Below the pieces are notes generated by a model. The model was not told the origin of the DNA. It did not search any database and worked only from the letters and a program-made list of their open reading frames with translations. This document shows positions 41,581 through 43,103 of a DNA stretch of 43,103 bases, piece by piece. Within the stretch, counting starts at the first letter, position 1. Each line of letters opens with the position of its first letter. Both the position numbers and the translations under genes were made by a program. This DNA is from Chlamydiota bacterium (lineage in GTDB: Bacteria; Chlamydiota; Chlamydiia; Chlamydiales; Parachlamydiaceae): positions 1-43,103 of the forward strand of contig JABDEO010000002.1 in assembly GCA_013287015.1 (NCBI GenBank), written 5' to 3'.

Positions 41581-42903
41581 TTAAAATGCGTAAATCGCCT
41601 CTAACTCGAATTTGGAGTACGTATGGCGATGAGCTTGGTTAGAGCGCGCCCACTCAATAATCGAACTTAGCGTTAGATTATCAGTTAAAGCATACAATCC
41701 TTCCACTCTCCAACCTTTGTAACCAGGCGTAGGATTGACGCCGCAGCAATCAGCGCGTGCATCTAAAAGTCCAATGCCCGACTGATCATCCCACGCGATC
41801 GCATCTTCCTGAACCCACTGATACTCGACGTCGACACTCCAGTCCCCTTCTTTAACAACAGAACCTGTAGTGACGCCAACATACCAAGCCAAGCCTTTAT
41901 GCTTCTTTTTATTCACCTGTTTAGCGCAATGGTTGATCAAGAACGCGCCATAGAATTCAACTGGAACGCATAGGAGATCAGGCTCCAGGTGATAAGTGAG
42001 GATGACCTGAGAGTTGCAATATTTAAAGGCGCGTGGATTGCGAACATAGCAGCGGTCAGTTCCTCTCTTTATCCAATCGATAAAGGAGTATTTGAAATCA
42101 AACCCTGAATCACAGAGGTTGATGAGTGCAAACTCAGTCGCCCAGGCAAAGTGGTTAACGCGTTCATCAACAACAAATCCGCCCCATTTGACATACCAGT
42201 CAGAAACACATTCCCAAGTGTTGGAATAGGTCAACAGCAAGCCATCAAAACGACTCAAGAATTGAATTTCAGATTCGAAAACATCATACAATAATCGGCG
42301 ACCGAGTTCGACATCAAAACGTCCACAATCGGCTATAACATTGTAACCCATATAAGCGCGTTTGAGGCACAAATCATCGCATTGCCCGCTTCCATGAAAA
42401 CGTCCTCTTCTAAGGATTCGCTTACTGCCGACGGTGCAGCCGCATGGTTCATCGGTGCATGAAACAGTATTGCAGCAGCAATCCACATCATTGTCGATCC
42501 CTGCGGAGTTATCATATTGAAGATGAGCGATCGCCCATGCTCGTTCGCAGACATAATCGAATCGCAGATTGAATTCGATGTCGAAGTCATTGCGAGAGCG
42601 AGGACGCCCAGCGCAATCTGTGGCATGACCGCCGACTTGATTATGTCCAAATTTCTTCTCATAGAGATGACGCCATTCAGTTCGAACGTCTCCGCTAATC
42701 GTTAAATTTGTCGACTTTTCTTTAACATCGATCGTTCTTTTTGTGTTAAGATAGTCTTTAAGAGCTTGAAAATCTCTTTCATTCAATTCTTTATCGTGCG
42801 TGGAAAAGTGGAACTCTGCATCATGCTCCGCTCCATTTACACAACTAGCGATTGCTAAACTGACAACTGTTATTATTGGTGACAGACACCTTAAAAATTT
42901 CAT
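41581..42903 (-). CDS. Cys-rich outer-membrane beta-barrel protein, chlamydial MOMP-like / porin-like
   Basis: Signal peptide MKFLRCLSPIITVVSLAIASCVNGAEH (ATG 42903 preceded by GGAG; the track start is 42915). Alternating aromatic beta-strand pattern and a C-terminal aromatic residue (EAIYAF). 20 or more Cys residues, including DVDCCCNTVSCTDEPCGCTVG. Confidence 0.6.
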   Translation of the reverse strand: MKFLRCLSPIITVVSLAIASCVNGAEHDAEFHFSTHDKELNERDFQALKDYLNTKRTIDVKEKSTNLTISGDVRTEWRHLYEKKFGHNQVGGHATDCAGRPRSRNDFDIEFNLRFDYVCERAWAIAHLQYDNSAGIDNDVDCCCNTVSCTDEPCGCTVGSKRILRRGRFHGSGQCDDLCLKRAYMGYNVIADCGRFDVELGRRLLYDVFESEIQFLSRFDGLLLTYSNTWECVSDWYVKWGGFVVDERVNHFAWATEFALINLCDSGFDFKYSFIDWIKRGTDRCYVRNPRAFKYCNSQVILTYHLEPDLLCVPVEFYGAFLINHCAKQVNKKKHKGLAWYVGVTTGSVVKEGDWSVDVEYQWVQEDAIAWDDQSGIGLLDARADCCGVNPTPGYKGWRVEGLYALTDNLTLSSIIEWARSNQAHRHTYSKFELEAIYAF

Positions 42904-43048
42904 TTTTATCTCCATTTTGGCTTATTCTAATTCCTAAATCGCACCAGACTTTGGCTAATGTATTTACCTGTTTTAAGAGTTTTAGTCAAGAGTCATTTCA
43001 ACATCATCAACCATTAATAGTTCATAAGATTTTGAATATAAGTTACTT

Positions 43049-43103
43049 ATAAAACGCGAGTTCTAGATAAACGAGGCCTCGTTCACCTCTCTGTGTGTTC
43101 TGT
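43049..43103. repeat. Start of another mosaic repeat, truncated by the window end
   Basis: ATAAAACGCGAGTTCTAGATAAACGA resembles the 36457/31574 cassette. CACCTCTCTGTGTGTTCTGT resembles the CCCCTCTCTGTGCTCTCTGTGG arm at 13887. Confidence 0.6.

Noticed and set aside
1-43103. tRNA, rRNA, tmRNA or other canonical RNA genes; prophage or integrase signatures
   Set aside because: No cloverleaf-compatible sequences with conserved T-loop (GTTCRANYC) context were found in the intergenic regions. There are no rRNA-like stretches and no phage structural or integrase ORFs in the six-frame track.

Overview
This is a chromosomal window from a Chlamydia-related (environmental Chlamydiales-type) bacterium. 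The assignment rests on a type III secretion operon in the chlamydial order (sctJ, CT560-like gene, sctL, sctR, sctS, sctT; 1848-6390, minus strand) and a Cys-rich MOMP-like outer-membrane protein (41581-42903). The repeat-rich, moderately AT-rich character resembles Waddlia- or Simkania-like genomes, but that is inference only.

Other content:
- An orphan YjbH/GfcD-family outer-membrane protein and an aquaporin.
- An ABC-transporter-dependent polysaccharide locus: GT2, wzm, wzt, GT1 and a convergent O-antigen-ligase-family gene.
- A hybrid histidine kinase.
- A SulP-STAS anion transporter followed by an OprO/P-type porin and an AtuA-like (DUF1446) gene pair.
- A tight operon of two DUF502 genes, holC and a thioesterase.
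- A MazEF-type toxin-antitoxin pair, mnmE, metK, a DUF814/NFACT-R protein and an LplT-like MFS fused to a PlsC acyltransferase.
- Three lineage-specific proteins without a recognisable family: 528 aa, 799 aa, and a tandem pair of 368 and 378 aa.

The most unusual signal is non-coding. Most intergenic gaps longer than about 150 bp (13 of about 20) are filled by very long palindromes with arms of about 30 to 155 bp. These are assembled from a small set of shared cassettes, for example GGGGTCAGGCCTGACCCC, CCTTAAATTGAATCATTTTAAGG, CTCACTTTTAATTGCACCC and AACGCGAGTTTTGGATAAACG.
- The palindromes are nested up to four layers deep.
- Copies differ by arm-compensated substitutions and by flipped cores.
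- Some supply the last codons and stop codon of genes, and some carry relic copies of other genes' 3' ends.
- No transposase, tRNA, rRNA or CRISPR array is visible in the window.
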